From NCBI RefSeq assembly GCF_006345805.1, contig NW_021829832.1, positions 248,001 through 312,000 of the forward strand: a DNA stretch of 64,000 nt. The letters are read 5' to 3'. The translations under genes were made by a program, and so were the position numbers. The stretch comes from Octopus sinensis. Lineage: Eukaryota. The notes beneath the pieces were generated by a model, which had not been told where the DNA came from, ran no database searches, and worked only from the letters and a program-made list of their open reading frames with translations. This document shows, one piece after another, positions 14,701 through 28,470 of the stretch (positions are counted from its first letter, which is position 1; every line of letters begins with the position of its first letter).

Positions 14701-16884
14701 TTGATGTGGAACATATTCATCATAACAACGCGTAGACCCGATAGCACAACCCCCCATTGATATGATTGCAGTCGTCGGGAGCAAATATCGCACCGAACGT
14801 TCTTTTACAGGCGAAGGATTGTCGTGAGTGATGTCCATGAGCATGGCATGTGGAAGGGAAGGGACCAAATTGTTGGAAAATGGAAGATAGAATGAACCAA
14901 TGGGGGTCCCTCCGAACTTATAAAGCAGTCTCCCAAGCTCGTGTGGATCCCAAGCATTGTACGCCTCTACAATATTTGCAATTACTTGACCTCGGACGAG
15001 AGAAGTGATTCCTAGAGAATTGGAGAAAAGACTGTCGATCTGTTCAGAGCCCGTGAACAATTCTGCCACAATGTACAAATTTGGATTTATCCGTCTCATC
15101 AAGTCGACCATGTGCTAATTTGTCAAATTTTATAAAATGCCTGAGCCACGTGAAGAGGAGTGCTATGACAGTTGTCAAGTCTGATTCCGTGGAACGTCCG
15201 TGCTACTGTGGACACATAGTCTTCGATTCTGTTCCACAAATAAGGCGAATCGGTTTGACAGGTCCCATATCGAAGTTTCACAGAGTCACCCCAAACAACC
15301 AGTTCTCGTCTGAGATAGACATTCGAGTCTAAATACGCTTTGATTGAAATAATGCAAACCTGGGCCTGCAAAGTCTCTGAGGGGGTCCCAACCCATGACC
15401 CAGCCATTTAGGGATACCACAAATTTGGAATTTTCCGAAAAAATGTTGGCTTCCTCTTCAATTAGAGACATTTTTGAGTTTTGAATGTTCATAAAATAAC
15501 TGTCATTATTAGTCGGAAATAACAACAATCTCATTATCGGGGTTTCTTCGCTTATTTTTGTCCATTTCATTCCGTTCTTGGCAACAAAATTGTAGCGAGC
15601 GTTTGCTACGCAGTTACAAATGGCATGTTCTAAATGATCCCTGACTTGACTGGTCTTTTCCTCGTTTAGTTTCTCCAATTTGGCTCTCAGCCCAGCAAGG
15701 TCGGGATTCTTTCGCAACTCAGTTGGTCCATACAGCATAATGGCCAGGGAAATATTGACTTTGCTTCTGTTGCGACGGAATTCTTGGTCCTGGATTATAT
15801 TTAGTGTCCCTTCGGCATTTTGAGGGACAAAACCTAAAACATCAAATTGGTATAAAAAGGTCACCGTCAGAAATTAAGGTAGAAAACTCGTCGAGTGTTC
15901 TTTCTACGTCACAGCAAAACATTTCATGAATTTTTAGAGGAAGTATAATTTTATTCCTCAAAATATTCTCCAGAATTGCCAAATGAGCTTCTGTTTTTAT
16001 TTCTGGGCCAAGTCCCTCACATTTCCAACTCCCCGCCCCAATTTGCTCATTAAAATGAAAAATAGCTCGATCTAGTAAATACGCAGGTCGAAGATATGGA
16101 CATGTCTTTAAATTATAACTAAATAAGTTGAAAAGACAACAAGGAACCAGCTTTCTGGGTGCTCTGCAATCCAAGGAGAACACACAGAGGCATGATTTAG
16201 AACAATGTCACTTATAGTAAGAATATTCCACTCTTGGCGAATAAATTCGACCAAATTAGCAAGTTCTTGGAAGTTTTTGCAATCAAGGGTTGAATTGAGA
16301 ACAAAATAGTCACGAATGCTGTAACTCGAGTTGGAAACACCGAGTTGTTGCACAGGAGTTAGATGAATCATGTTGAATCCACACATCTTTGCGATTTGCA
16401 ATCTGAAAAGCTATAAAATTGCAAATATTTACCTAGATAACCAATCCTTGATTGGTCCGAGGGATTTTACGATATATGTCTGGGAAGATACCTCCTCGGG
16501 CCTGATCCGGATGTTTGACTGAGGTCCCACCAAAAGCTCAGGGTCCACCACAAAACAGCCCTCCGTTAGCAATTTCGAGCTATAAATAGTCAAGAAAATA
16601 TATAACCTGGAAAGGTCAGAAATCTTAAAGTTAAAGGCTCCGGGAAGACGTAAAAAAATAGAATAAGTATTATCTTTTCGTGGGACTTTGTAATATTTAT
16701 TTCGAGTAAATCCTTCAATTTTTTCAGTCATTGGCATATTTGTTTCGACTTTGAGTTCTTTTAATGCAAGACTTTGGCCTAAATGCAAGCGAAGTACAGT
16801 TCCTTTGGAAATTCTGTAGTGCTTGGTCCTACAATCCCCGTCACTGTGCACAATCAGGTCGTATACTTCACAACCAAGACTCAT
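11785..16884 (-). CDS. AGL: Glycogen debranching enzyme
   Basis: [104 protein letters not shown] and C-terminal QAWSMA; more than 20 micro-introns. Confidence 0.97.
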
Positions 16885-17448
16885 AACTACTACAGAATTA
16901 GAATTGATTGGAATAATATGAAATTCTAATCAATGTACTATAATAAACGTTTAAAATAAATATATTATTAATAATATTGAAAATTTTGGAGAATAAAATT
17001 TATTAATACAATTTGAATTTAACTATGGAGTTTATAGCTCATTAAATAATAATACTATTTAATCTGAATAATCAATTATACGTACTACTGTTTTATAAAG
17101 TTGAATAATCAATTTATAATACGCAGAAATAATTTAAATATCCATTTTCTGGCCAATAAAGTCAATATTTTTTCGATAAGACCACTCCAATTGGAAAGAC
17201 AAGTAGAAATAATTTATTTATATAAAAAAATCTTGTTTAGCAATGATCTTAGAGATTAATGAATTCTGAATTACAATCCTCTTTAAAGAAATGGATATAA
17301 AATTATTTTTATTATTTTTTATTTTAATATTATTTAAATAAATGCCTTGTAGATTAATTAAATTTGATACATTTAAAATAATTCACCAAAGTTTGTTTTG
17401 TAGTCTGGTTAACCTAACCAAATCAAATTTAATTTTTAGCACAAAAAG

Positions 17449-17936
17449 ATGTCAGATACTCAAATGTCAGATACCCAAACAGAAGTCGACAGACTCAAAG
17501 CTCTAGTCCGAAGACTAGGAATAAAAGATACCTCCTCCGATTCATCTCGTCATTCCACAAATAAATCACACCCTGACATAGAATCACTTTCAGACCCAAA
17601 TTTGCCATTTCTAAACATCCCCGGAATCCCTGATTTGACCGAAAACTCAGTAGAAGACCCCTCACTATCATCCCTTTCAGACCCCGAAACTTGGTTACCC
17701 ATTTTGTGATTATTTTGCAGGCTGACGACGACTGTCATGCCTCCTTCTATTCACGACTCGGGATTTGACTGGGCTGTGTCCTTCCTGGATGACCCCTCTC
17801 CCAGAGTGAGAACTATAATTTCAAACTTCAAAGAAAATATTTCTCAAAGTGTCTTTTTATCAACAATTTTATAGATCATGGCAATTCTAATGTTTCAAAG
17901 AGTTCTCAATCTACCAAAAAACACAGTAAAAATTGA
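17449..17936 (+). CDS. Small SLAIN-motif-like protein
   Basis: Spliced product has EVDRLKALVRRL, ETWL and FDWAVSFLDDPSP, resembling the conserved N-terminal blocks of SLAIN proteins. Confidence 0.4.
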
Positions 17937-17962
17937 ATAAATTTTTTTAGCTTTAAAATCTC

Positions 17963-18570
17963 CTACCAAATCGGCCGTAGAAGTAACCAGAGAACTAAAA
18001 AGAGAATCGGCCCCCACAAGTACGCCGAAAGTGCAGATTCCTCGACGTTTTTTGTAATTTTTGTATTTTTAGAAACGTCGGTGTCTTCTTCACTGAACAC
18101 AACCAGACTTGCTGTTAGTCCTGTGGAGGTCCCATCCCAGGTTTCGAACGTTGGGAATAACACGGCTTATCGGCCAAAGATTAATAAAACTCTTTCGTCT
18201 GCGGCGTCGATTAGTTCACTTAAGTACGTAATGGGCATGTAATGACTAGTGTTCCTGGTAATCCTTACAAATTGAAACCACCCAGTCGGTTTAGACTGCA
18301 AAGACCGTCTTCTCTTTCGAGGTTTCCTTGATTGAGGGGTCGATTGTTTTGTTTCTATGTTTTCCTGATTTGTAGTTTAAATATTAGAGTTTAATGATTT
18401 GTTGATTGTAGATTGCGCAACTTTTTGGGTATTTTGATTAATATTTTGGGTGGTTTATATTTGTTTATTTACTCTTAAAACGGTTTTTGTTAGCTGAGAA
18501 TTAAAGTTTTTTGTTTTTTTACTGTTAAGAAATTCGCCGTTTCCGAAGATTGTAAACATGCCCATATTAC
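17963..18570 (-). CDS. Hypothetical protein with C-terminal hydrophobic tail
   Basis: ORF 17963-18163 ends AYLWGPILFLVLWLLLRPIW. Upstream exon structure and start are unresolved. Confidence 0.35.
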
Positions 18571-19001
18571 AACTGGTGAGTTAGGATTGATAATCGATGC
18601 TGGTTTTGTAATTAAAAATAAGTAGATTGGACAGTTAAAATCAAATAAAATTTAGTTAGTTTATGAAAATTCTGATTGATTTATCCCATCAAAAATTGTT
18701 TAATATTCTAGTTTTCAGATCAAATTGATGTTTAAAATTGTCGAGATTAAAATTATAAATTTCGGTTTTTAATATTTTTTACTTTTAATTCGTGTTATTC
18801 TAAAACATTTAGGAAAATTTATAACAAAAATTAGAAGCTCAAAATTTTATTAAAAGCAATGGTGGTTATTGAAACAATATTCGGATAATGAGTTATGTTT
18901 TGAATTTCTCTGAATATTCGACTTTTATTTAAATTTGTTAAATCAAAAAAATGTTGGTTTTATACAAAATTGATTACATCAAAGTACGCATAGCAACAAA
19001 A

Positions 19002-21821
19002 ATGTCCCATTGGTTAGTCGTTGTATCATAATAAACAAGTTACTATAACGATCAATGGTCAAAAGCACAATCAGAACTCAGAGACACCTTGCATGACGAG
19101 ACGAATTTCAAAAAACATAACGTCATTTTTTATGTTGTTTTATTCGTTTAGACGCACGAAAGTCTGTTTGGCAGCATAGCTTCTCTGTACATAAAATATA
19201 TCCAAATTTACACAAAATTAAATGAATGTCACGATCAGATAGTTCATCCCCAGAAACGAATACTACTCAAGTTATAATCTCATTTAAAGTCAAGACACGT
19301 GATTGAAGGGACAATAGGAAGAATCCTTGACTTGAAAAATGATCTTGTAAGACTGAACATGTCCGAATTCCATTTCATGGAAGACATTTTGTGCGACATG
19401 AAATTGACACCTGTTACGTTGATAAAAGTCATTTTTAGGATCAAATTGAGCTGCCGATTCCGAAATATTTTGTGAGGGAACGAAGAGTCGAATTAGACAG
19501 CAGAAATAGAATTTTGGATAAAATTCTCTCCAAAATTGGTCCTCAAAAAATTCCGGTTGTTATTTATTTTTTATGCTCAGGATGAATTCGAAATTGAACT
19601 AAGCATTGAAGACGCTGTAAAAATAATTCAGACCAACGAACGAGCCCGCCAAGCTAGAATTCGCGCTAAATTCATGATCGAAATAAAAAAACAAGAAAGA
19701 CAAGAAGCCTTTGCCAGAAAGACTACAAATAAAATATTTTCACTAAATCAGGCGGGCTCGATTATTCAGAAAGTACAATATTCATGTCTAATTAGATTTG
19801 GAGGGGATACATAACTCGCAAAAAAGTGATCGAAAGTCAAAATAAAGAGGAGATCTTTCTTGGAATGGTAATATTTATAACTCTACAATTTCAGGTCAAA
19901 ACCGAGCTTGAAGACAAGGAACAAAAAAGGGCTTTGGAAGTCGAGGAAATTCGAAGAACTGTTCAGGATGCCAATGAACAGCAATATCAAGAAGCTCTGA
20001 TTAAAATAAAGGACATTTTGGTAAATACTGAAGGTTCAGAACTCAAAGAAAGCATGCAAGACAGCATTCGGCAGTGGTTTATTGAAGTCAGGTAAGTAGT
20101 TGATGACATTTCTAGAGATGCTGTTGGGAGATTTCCCGACTATCCGTCGGTCGAGGAAGGAGGGTCGTTAAAAATCTTTACGACCAACTCTCCCGATGAA
20201 GTTGAAGAACAACTGAATAATAAAGTTGGTTTTAAAATTCATATTTTAGCCAGAAAAAGGAAAAGCCGAGAAAAAACCAAAAGAAAATAAAAAAGAAAAG
20301 GACAAAAAACAAAAAGTGAATTACTCGAACTAAGTTTGATAGAAAAACGAAGATTCTTTTGAAATGACAGATTCTAAATTTTTGAACACGTTAAAAGAAA
20401 CTTCTCTAGAATACGACAGTGAGAACTAATTTTTATATAACGCAGATGTTTGGCTTGACAAAAACGAGGATTACAACATCAATCAGCAATATGACATTGA
20501 AATGGTCAAAAAATCAAAATGGAAAGAAATGGAGGAAGAAATTCGACTTCAGGTGGATGAACTCATGCGAGAAGAACTTTCGAATTTAAAAGAGGTTTGC
20601 CATTTAAAAATTATTCAGGCCGTCGACAGGCAAAGAGCTGGTAAGAAAAAAAACAAAAAACCCAAAAAACGAAAAAAAGGTGGAAAAAAAGGTCGTAAAG
20701 GAAAGGATTTGACCGCCAATCGGTTCCAAATCTGTAAGTATTTTTAGAGAAATTTCTGATCTTTACGAAGAGCTCATCACCCAGGGAATAATAAAGAAGC
20801 CCTTAAACTGTCGAATCAGTGACTACATTGGTGATTTCAACTATTTGGGAATGACTTTGAGAAATTTCAATTTCGAGCCAATGCCCTCACTAAGCGACGT
20901 TCGTAGAATAGTAACAGAATACGCGATTTTGTCAATGGGTAAATTCATATCGATATAGGAAGGATCTGCCTCAATTAGAGCTTCCGCCCCTTTGATAAGA
21001 TCAATGATGTTGGCTGGTCCAAAAGGAACAGGAAAAAAAATGTTGGTTCATGCAATTTGCAACGAACTTGGAGCCAATTTATTTGACCTGACTGCCAGCA
21101 ACATTGCAGGAAAATACCAGGGAAAAAATGGATTGAAAATGTTGATGCATTTGATTGACAAAGTGGGAAGGGCAATGCAGCCATCAATCATTTTTATTGA
21201 CGAATGTGAAAAAATGTTCAAGAAAAAAATACCAAAAACTGATACTGTTCATTGAATGCTTAATTCGACATAGACTGAACCGAAACGACTCAAAAAAGAT
21301 ATGATCAAGTTTTTTAAAGGAATCAAAGGGGCTGATCGCGTAATGATCATAGGGACGTCTAGTTGTCCGTGGGATGGCGAAATCAAAGCATTGACAGGAT
21401 TTTATCAAAAGTTGATTTTGATTCCGAGACCTGATTTCCCGTCGAGACAAAGTAGCGTTTAGAACTGAATTTTAGTGATTTGGGAAAATAGTATTAAAAA
21501 ACTGAACGGATCAGTGACTCGGCATTTTGATTTGTGTTTACTTGGAAAAATAAGCGACGGATTTTCTCCAAAAAGTATTGTCAAGGCTTGTGAGCAAGTA
21601 TTAATAACACATATAATTATCGAGGTATTGGTGGAGAGTAGAGTGGCCCAATTGCAAAGAAAGCCTCTTAAAGCCAATGAGTTTATCGAACCACTGTCTA
21701 CAAGTGAGCCAATATATAAGGAGGAAGAGGACATGTTCAAGGTTGGGGGTCATTAATCATTCAGGAATGGCACAAGAAAACACCAATTGGAAAGAGAAGA
21801 AATGCTCTTGAAAAAATCTAG
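19002..21821 (+). CDS. IQCA1: IQ and AAA domain protein 1 (DRC11, motile cilia)
   Basis: [16 protein letters not shown] motif, LAGPKGTGK Walker [10 protein letters not shown] and C-terminal [12 protein letters not shown]. Confidence 0.92.
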
Positions 21822-22159
21822 ATTTCAAAAAATCACTAATAATGTAATTCTAGTTATTGGTGTTTGATCATAAATAACACACTTAATTATTTTTGTTTTT
21901 GATAGAAATAAGGTAAGTAATTTGATTCACCTATTAAAAATTAAATAAGTAAGCGATTATTCCAAAATATATTTTTGAAAATCTCGATGTTAAGTAAATA
22001 TTACCAAGTTTTAGATTCCCTGTGAAAATAATATAGGGGAACCCACAAATATTAAACATGCCTAGAAACCAAGTTAATACTCGACAAAACTATTAAGAAA
22101 TCTAAAATAATGATAGAAAACATAATCAACTGAATGAAAAATAAAATAAAAATATAAAG

Positions 22160-24235
22160 TCAGTGAGGACTACTTTTGAGAACAAAGACAGAATCGAGAG
22201 ATGTGACGAGTTGTTCAGCATTATCACTCCCACATATGGAGGACAACTTCATGACATCAAAATGATCAAACAAAGCAATCACCCCACCACTCCCCCCAAC
22301 CATCCCACAAAACTCGACATAAAACTGAGGATATGTGGGGAGTGAGTAGAACACCACCGAGTCCACTCCCCGCAATTTATACCTAACTAACACAACAACA
22401 ACCAACCGGTGATAAAAGTGGAACCTCTCCGTGACCACCAACAACTGTACTTTACGGTTAAAAAACATATCCCTCGACTTGTGGACACGTTCTTCACTCG
22501 AATATCTACACCTCAAACACACAAATCACTCAGAAATGAAGGCACAACTCGTCTTCTCCCCCACACAGTAATTCCTAACACGAGTATAGTCGAAATATGA
22601 GGCAACAAACACCACAAACTGCTCCCCCGAACGAAGACACAAAGAAGGCAATATTTGGTCAGTAAAACACCCAAATCTATTCTCCGCCGATTCCATCAAC
22701 GACCCCTTCTTCAGGCGTTGAAAAACATGTTTCAAATCACCTGCCGTCTGCCCAACCACCCCTCCTCTCCTGGGCACACGCACAGCAACACTCCCCTCAT
22801 AATCTACCAATTCATCCCCACAACCAACTGGTCGAAAACTGAGCAAACAAAGTGGTCAGTTCGAGGAATGGCTGAGCCGACAACACCACGAGTTGTCTGT
22901 ACTGGCGGTTTCTACTGATATGAGTGGAGTACTACAGCTGGTTGAGTTGCCACTCGTGGATCCTCATTATATCGACTCCGTGGAGGTCCTCGACCTGGCA
23001 ATTCGTCTTATTCAACACATTCTCGAATATATAAGGGATATATACCAGGAGATGTGCCCAATTCTGCATGTACATCACATCCGCCTGGTCAACCACCACA
23101 ATCTCCACCGACGACAGGAAATCGACCGACCCCTTCCGACTAAACACGTGTTTCCAGACACACAGACCCTTCCGCGATGAGGGTGACCAGTCCGAGGGGG
23201 GATGCCACCAAAATGTCCGCGGAATTGTAATCAACGTACAATTTTAGTTTGTTCTTCCCCACACAAACTCCCACTCGGAAATGATCGTCACAATTTCCCT
23301 CAAAAATGGCGCGAAAATCCTCTAAAAGTGACTAAATAGGCAAACCTGGCTTATTTTTCCCGCCATTACATTTGGCGCCAAATTCCTCATCAAATCTTCT
23401 TTTCCCGATTTTGTAGGCCTAAAAATATATTTTAAACAAACTTGATTAGCAGGGGCTATTAGCAACTCGAATAGATTTATTATATGGAGAGCAGAGTTGC
23501 GAAATGGGAGGAGAATGAGAGCTCGTGTTCTCGTAAAGCCTTGATCCCTCTCCTCAGTGTCCCCATTAGCAGTCATTATGGAATGGGCCCTTCAATAAAT
23601 GGCGGGAAATACTTGGTGATGTGGTTAAGAATGTGCATGCAATAGCATGTCTGAAGAGACGCCACTTTAGTCCCACATCGATCAACATATAAAAAATCCT
23701 ATATTTATTTAAATAAAAAATATATTTTATAATACAATATAATTTTGAAATATTGAAAGTAAACTCCGCTCAAAATCTCCAAACTGTCCATTCTCTATCA
23801 ATGAAGCACAAAATATACTGAAGGGAGTGTTGCACACGACTGGAAACACGTTTGAAAGAGTTTCTGAGAATTCTTCAGTCACATTCAGATTTGTATTTGC
23901 CAACAAGTCCTCAAAATCTGTGCTTTTCTGGGTCTGGGAGGAAACCAGTGCGTCTCCAATGTGAGCAATCTACACTGTATGGCGGGAAAAACGTTAATGT
24001 CATGTGCTGTCTTGTTATTGGCCATTTTCTCTGGGTTGATTAGTCTCATGTAGTGTTCACGGTAGGTTTCTGTGGGTAAATAAGACGAGGGTTACCGACT
24101 GTCCCATAGAGAGCGTTGGGTTCTGGTTTGTTTGTTATTTCTGACTCATTTTTATGTGATGTTTCTATTTTTCTTTTTCTTTTGGTTAATAATTAGTTTT
24201 TACAGGGGTTTTGGATGATTTGTTTGGGTCAACAT
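22160..24235 (-). CDS. UTP25: U3 snoRNA-associated protein 25 (DIEXF/DEF)
   Basis: RDQGFTRTRALILLPFRNSA, FEGNCDDHFRVG, DFLSSVEIVVVDQADV, SYFDYTRVRNY, VTERFHFY and SLPTYPQFY. Confidence 0.92.
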
Positions 24236-24524
24236 GAACTTGAATTGAACAGACAAATCACGTTTTTAAATTACTGTTTTTAATAAATTTAATTATTTTT
24301 AAAAATAATTAAAATAATTTTTAATTGGTTTCATGAATTATCTCTTAAAAAAATTTGTTGATTATCTTGTCTACTATTTTTAATAATTTCTTGTTTAATT
24401 TGTGTCAATTAATAAAAGATTTTATGATATTTAATTATAATATTATTTATTATTTAAAAATTCATTAAAAATTTTTAAAATTATAATAGTAGTTTTTATT
24501 TCATTTATCGAATTGTTTATTGTG

Positions 24525-24998
24525 ATGCTCGTTCCTATCGAACAAGAACTTGATTCAACCGTGAAATTTATTGAAACAAATTTGAAAAATCGGTTAAAAA
24601 AACATATTTTAAATAATTTTACAAAAAATCTAAGAGCCATTCTTTATGAAAAGTTCACAACCATTTGGAACCCAAACAACCCATATCTTGGAAGTGCATT
24701 TCGCTGTATCCGAAGCACCCGCCTACAACAAGACGAATCTATCCTACAGGCTTGTGAAAGAGTCCAAATGTCTAAAAAAGACCAGAAAATAATATCAGAA
24801 TCCCTCGGCGAGATCTCTATTTGGACAGACCCCAATTCCGTCGTGTTCCTCAACGTGGAGGGCAAGCAAGTGAATATATACAAGCCGATAGAAATGCCAT
24901 ATTACGTCCCCTATTGTGTGTATTCTCAGGACGTGTATTCCTATGAAGACTACTATAATTTGTACGGATATCCTACTTGGGATGCTGTCGATGTCTGA
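24525..24998 (+). CDS. BTG/Tob family antiproliferative protein (intronless)
   Basis: Box A WNPNNPYLGSAFRCIR and box B EISIWTDPNSV. Confidence 0.85.
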   Translation: MLVPIEQELDSTVKFIETNLKNRLKKHILNNFTKNLRAILYEKFTTIWNPNNPYLGSAFRCIRSTRLQQDESILQACERVQMSKKDQKIISESLGEISIWTDPNSVVFLNVEGKQVNIYKPIEMPYYVPYCVYSQDVYSYEDYYNLYGYPTWDAVDV

Positions 24999-25085
24999 TT
25001 AGATTATTTAATAATTTTGCTGTTTTGAATTGTTTTTAATTATCATTGATTTTTTATTGTGTTTATCTTAATAATAAAATGGTAT

Positions 25086-25118
25086 GGTGTGTGTCTGTCT
25101 GTGTGTCTGTCTGTCTGT
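25086..25118. repeat. (GTCT/GTGT)n microsatellite
   Basis: gtgtgtgtctgtctgtgtgtctgtctgtctgt read directly. Confidence 0.9.
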
Positions 25119-25154
25119 GCACACCCACATTCAATTGTTACAAACCAGATCAAT

Positions 25155-26953
25155 AAAAAATTATTTTCTGCGTTTTTGTTAAAATGAACAACAAGAAAGT
25201 CCTCGACTCACATGATGTGGTCCCCCAAAACTTCAAGCCAAAAAATTAAAAAAAATTATTTTCTGCGTTTTTGTTAAAATGAACAACAAGAAAGTCCTCG
25301 ACTCACATGATGTGGTCCCCCAAAACTTTCAAGCCAAAAAATTAAAAAAATTATTTTCTGCGTTTTTGTTAAAATGAACAACAAGAAAGTCCTCGACTCA
25401 CATGATGTGGTCCCCCAAAACTTTCAAGCCAAAAAATTAAAAAAATTATTTTCTGCGTTTTTGTTAAAATGAACAACAAGAAAGTCCTCGACTCACATGA
25501 TGTGGTCCCCCAAAACTTTCAAGCCAAAAAATTAAAAAAATTATTTTCTGCGTTTTTGTTAAAATGAACAACAAGAAAGTCCTCGACTCACATGATGTGG
25601 TCCCCCAAAACTTTCAAGCCAAAAAATTAAAAAAAATTATTTTCTGCGTTTTTGTTAAAATGAACAACAAGAAAGTCCTCGACTCACATGATGTGGTCCC
25701 CCAAAACTTTCAAGCCAAAAAATAAAAAAAATTATTTTCTGCGTTTTTGTTAAAATAAACAACAGAAAGTCCTCGACTCACATGATGTGGTCCCCCAAAA
25801 CCTTCAAGCCAAAAAATAAAAAAAAAATTATTTTCTGCGTTTTTGTTAAAATGAACAACAAGAAAGTCCTCGACTCACATGATGTGGTCCCCCAAAACCT
25901 TCAAGCCAAAAAATTTAAAAAAATTATTTTCTGCGTTTTTGTTAAAATGAACAACAAGAAAGTCCTCGACTCACATGATGTGGTCCCCCAAAACCTTCAA
26001 GCAAAAAATTAAAAAAAATTATTTTCTGCGTTTTTGTTAAAATGAACAACAAGAAAGTCCTCGACTCACATGATGTGGTCCCCCAAAACCTTCAAGCCAA
26101 AAAATTAAAAAAATTATTTTCTGCGTTTTTGTTAAAATGAACAACAAGAAAGTCCTCGACTCACATGATGTGGTCCCCCAAAACCTTCAAGCCAAAAAAT
26201 TAAAAAAAATTTTTCTGCGTTTTTGTTAAAATGAACAACAAGAAAGTCCTCGACTCACATGATGTGGTCCCCCAAAACCTTCAAGCCAAAAAATTAAAAA
26301 AAATTATTTTCTGCGTTTTTGTTAAAATGAACAACAAGAAAGTCCTCGACTCACATGATGTGGTCCCCCAAAACCTTCAAGCCAAAAAATTAAAAAAAAT
26401 TATTTTCTGCGTTTTTGTTAAAATGAACAACAAGAAAGTCCTCGACTCACATGATGTGGTCCCCCAAAACCTTCAAGCCAAAAAATTAAAAAAATTATTT
26501 TCTGCGTTTTTGTTAAAATGAACAACAAGAAAGTCCTCGACTCACATGATGTGGTCCCCCAAAACCTTCAAGCCAAAAAATTAAAAAAATTATTTTCTGC
26601 GTTTTTGTTAAAATGAACAACAAGAAAGTCCTCGACTCACATGATGTGGTCCCTCAAAACCTTCAAGCCAAAAAATTAAAAAAATTATTTTCTGCGTTTT
26701 TGTTAAAATGAACAACAAGAAAGTCCTCGACTCACATGATGTGGTCCCTCAAAACTTCAAGCCAAAAAATTAAAAAAAATTATTTTCTGCGTTTTTGTTA
26801 AATGAACAACAAGAAAGTCCTCGACTCACATGATGTGGTCCCCCAAAACCTTCAAGCCAAAAATTAAAAAAAAATATTTTCTGCGTTTTTGTTAAAATGA
26901 ACGACAAGAAAGTCCTCGACTCACATGATGAGGTCCTCCACAACCTTCAAGCC
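25155..26953. repeat. Tandem array, 19 copies of a ~95-96 bp unit
   Basis: AAAGTCCTCGACTCACATGATG counted 19 times; units differ mainly in A-run length. Confidence 0.98.
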
Positions 26954-27669
26954 TCGTGAGGCCATTAATTAGCTTAGCTATCTTTTTTCGATGACATAAA
27001 TTCTTTTTTGTTAAATTTTCGTTAAAAAAATAAAATAAAAGCTCTAATTGTTATCGACCATGAATAGACTGTGCAATTATCAGATTTTGAAAACCACTAA
27101 AAAGGAAAAAGCAAAAATTATTAGAGATTTACATAATTGATTCTTTTTAACTGCCGAAACTGACAAATTCGATTATGCTACTGTTTAGATTTCTTAAAAG
27201 ATAGAGGCAAATAAAATTTAAATTAGTCATGTAAATTTCAATTTGCCTATATTTAAATCTCCTTGATTTAACAGGCTTTAATTTTTTTCCTTATAATACT
27301 ACAAAGATGAAGCTGATTATCATTTTCTTTACCGAAACAGACAAGTTCGATTATGCTAAAGTTTCAATTCCTTTAAACATAGAGGCAATTAAGTATAATG
27401 GCTTTGATTGGATAATACACTTTACATAAATTTCACTAAATAAATTTACGTAGAAAATTTAATATAAATTACTGATTCGCGTTTACAAAATCATAAGCAT
27501 GTCCTATAAAGAGAGATCTGAGAATGTTAACAAACAAGAGAATATGAACCATATAACAAAAAAAGAGAAACGAGGGAAGATGTGCTTAAATGGTGAGGGA
27601 ACTTAGACAACAGCTGAACAAGGTCAGGACTGCTGTTAGACTCAACTACGGGTAATAGAATTATGCATT

Positions 27670-28470
27670 CTAGGTTAATTGTTTGGGATGAATGTACGAT
27701 GGCTCATAAAGGCGCATTCAAGCAGTTGACCGAACATATAGAGATATCAAGAATTGTAGCGACCATTTGTTTGGGGGAGCATTAGTTGTATTGGCAGGTG
27801 ATTTTAGACAGACGCTGCCAATTATTCAAAGAGGAACGCCTGCGGATGAATTGAATGCCTGCCTCAAATCGTCATATTTGTGGACACACGTGAAAAAGGT
27901 AAGCTTAGATGTAAATGTACATGCACATTTACAAGGCGTTAATAGCATATTCCCACAAATCCCTCTAGATATTGGAAATGGGGCAATCACTTCAGAAATG
28001 CACGACCAGAAAATTAGGCTACCGGAAGAATTATGTATTTTCGTAGAAACAGCAGAAGAATTATTGAATGCCGTCTATTCCGAACTATCTGAACACTACG
28101 TGAATTTCGACTGGCTGCGTGAACGAGCTATATTAGCTCCACTTAATGATGAGGTACTTAATATAAATTTAGATTTATTAATGAAAATCCCTGGCAGAGA
28201 AAGAATATATAAATCGGTCGACGTTATTATGGACCATGAAGGGCCTGCGATAGATTTAAGAGACTACAATTTCCGCTGAAGATAAGTTTTGCTATGACAA
28301 TAAACAAGGCCCAGGGACAGTCTTTAAAGGTAGTAGGCTTATTTTTAGAGAACGAGTGCTTTTCACATGGCCAGCTGTATGTGGGGTGCTCAAGGGTAGG
28401 TAGAAGAGAAATTTATTTATATTTGCCAAGGATGGACGGACTGCAAACATCGTTTATCCACAGGCCTTAG
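27670..28470 (+). pseudogene. Helitron PIF1-type helicase C-terminal fragment, internally deleted
   Basis: [47 protein letters not shown] and [13 protein letters not shown], with stops. Confidence 0.88.

Noticed and set aside
15490-15525. AT-AG intron in AGL
   Set aside because: An ordinary 27-nt GT-AG intron fits almost as well.
25190-25230. Hammerhead ribozyme-like look of GTCCTC..GACTCA in the 95-bp unit
   Set aside because: The CUGAUGA and GAAA core is not present in the right order on either strand.
25155-26953. CRISPR array, or repetitive protein MNNKKVLDSHDVVPQNLQAK
   Set aside because: No unique spacers, and frames break with A-run length changes; it is a plain tandem repeat.
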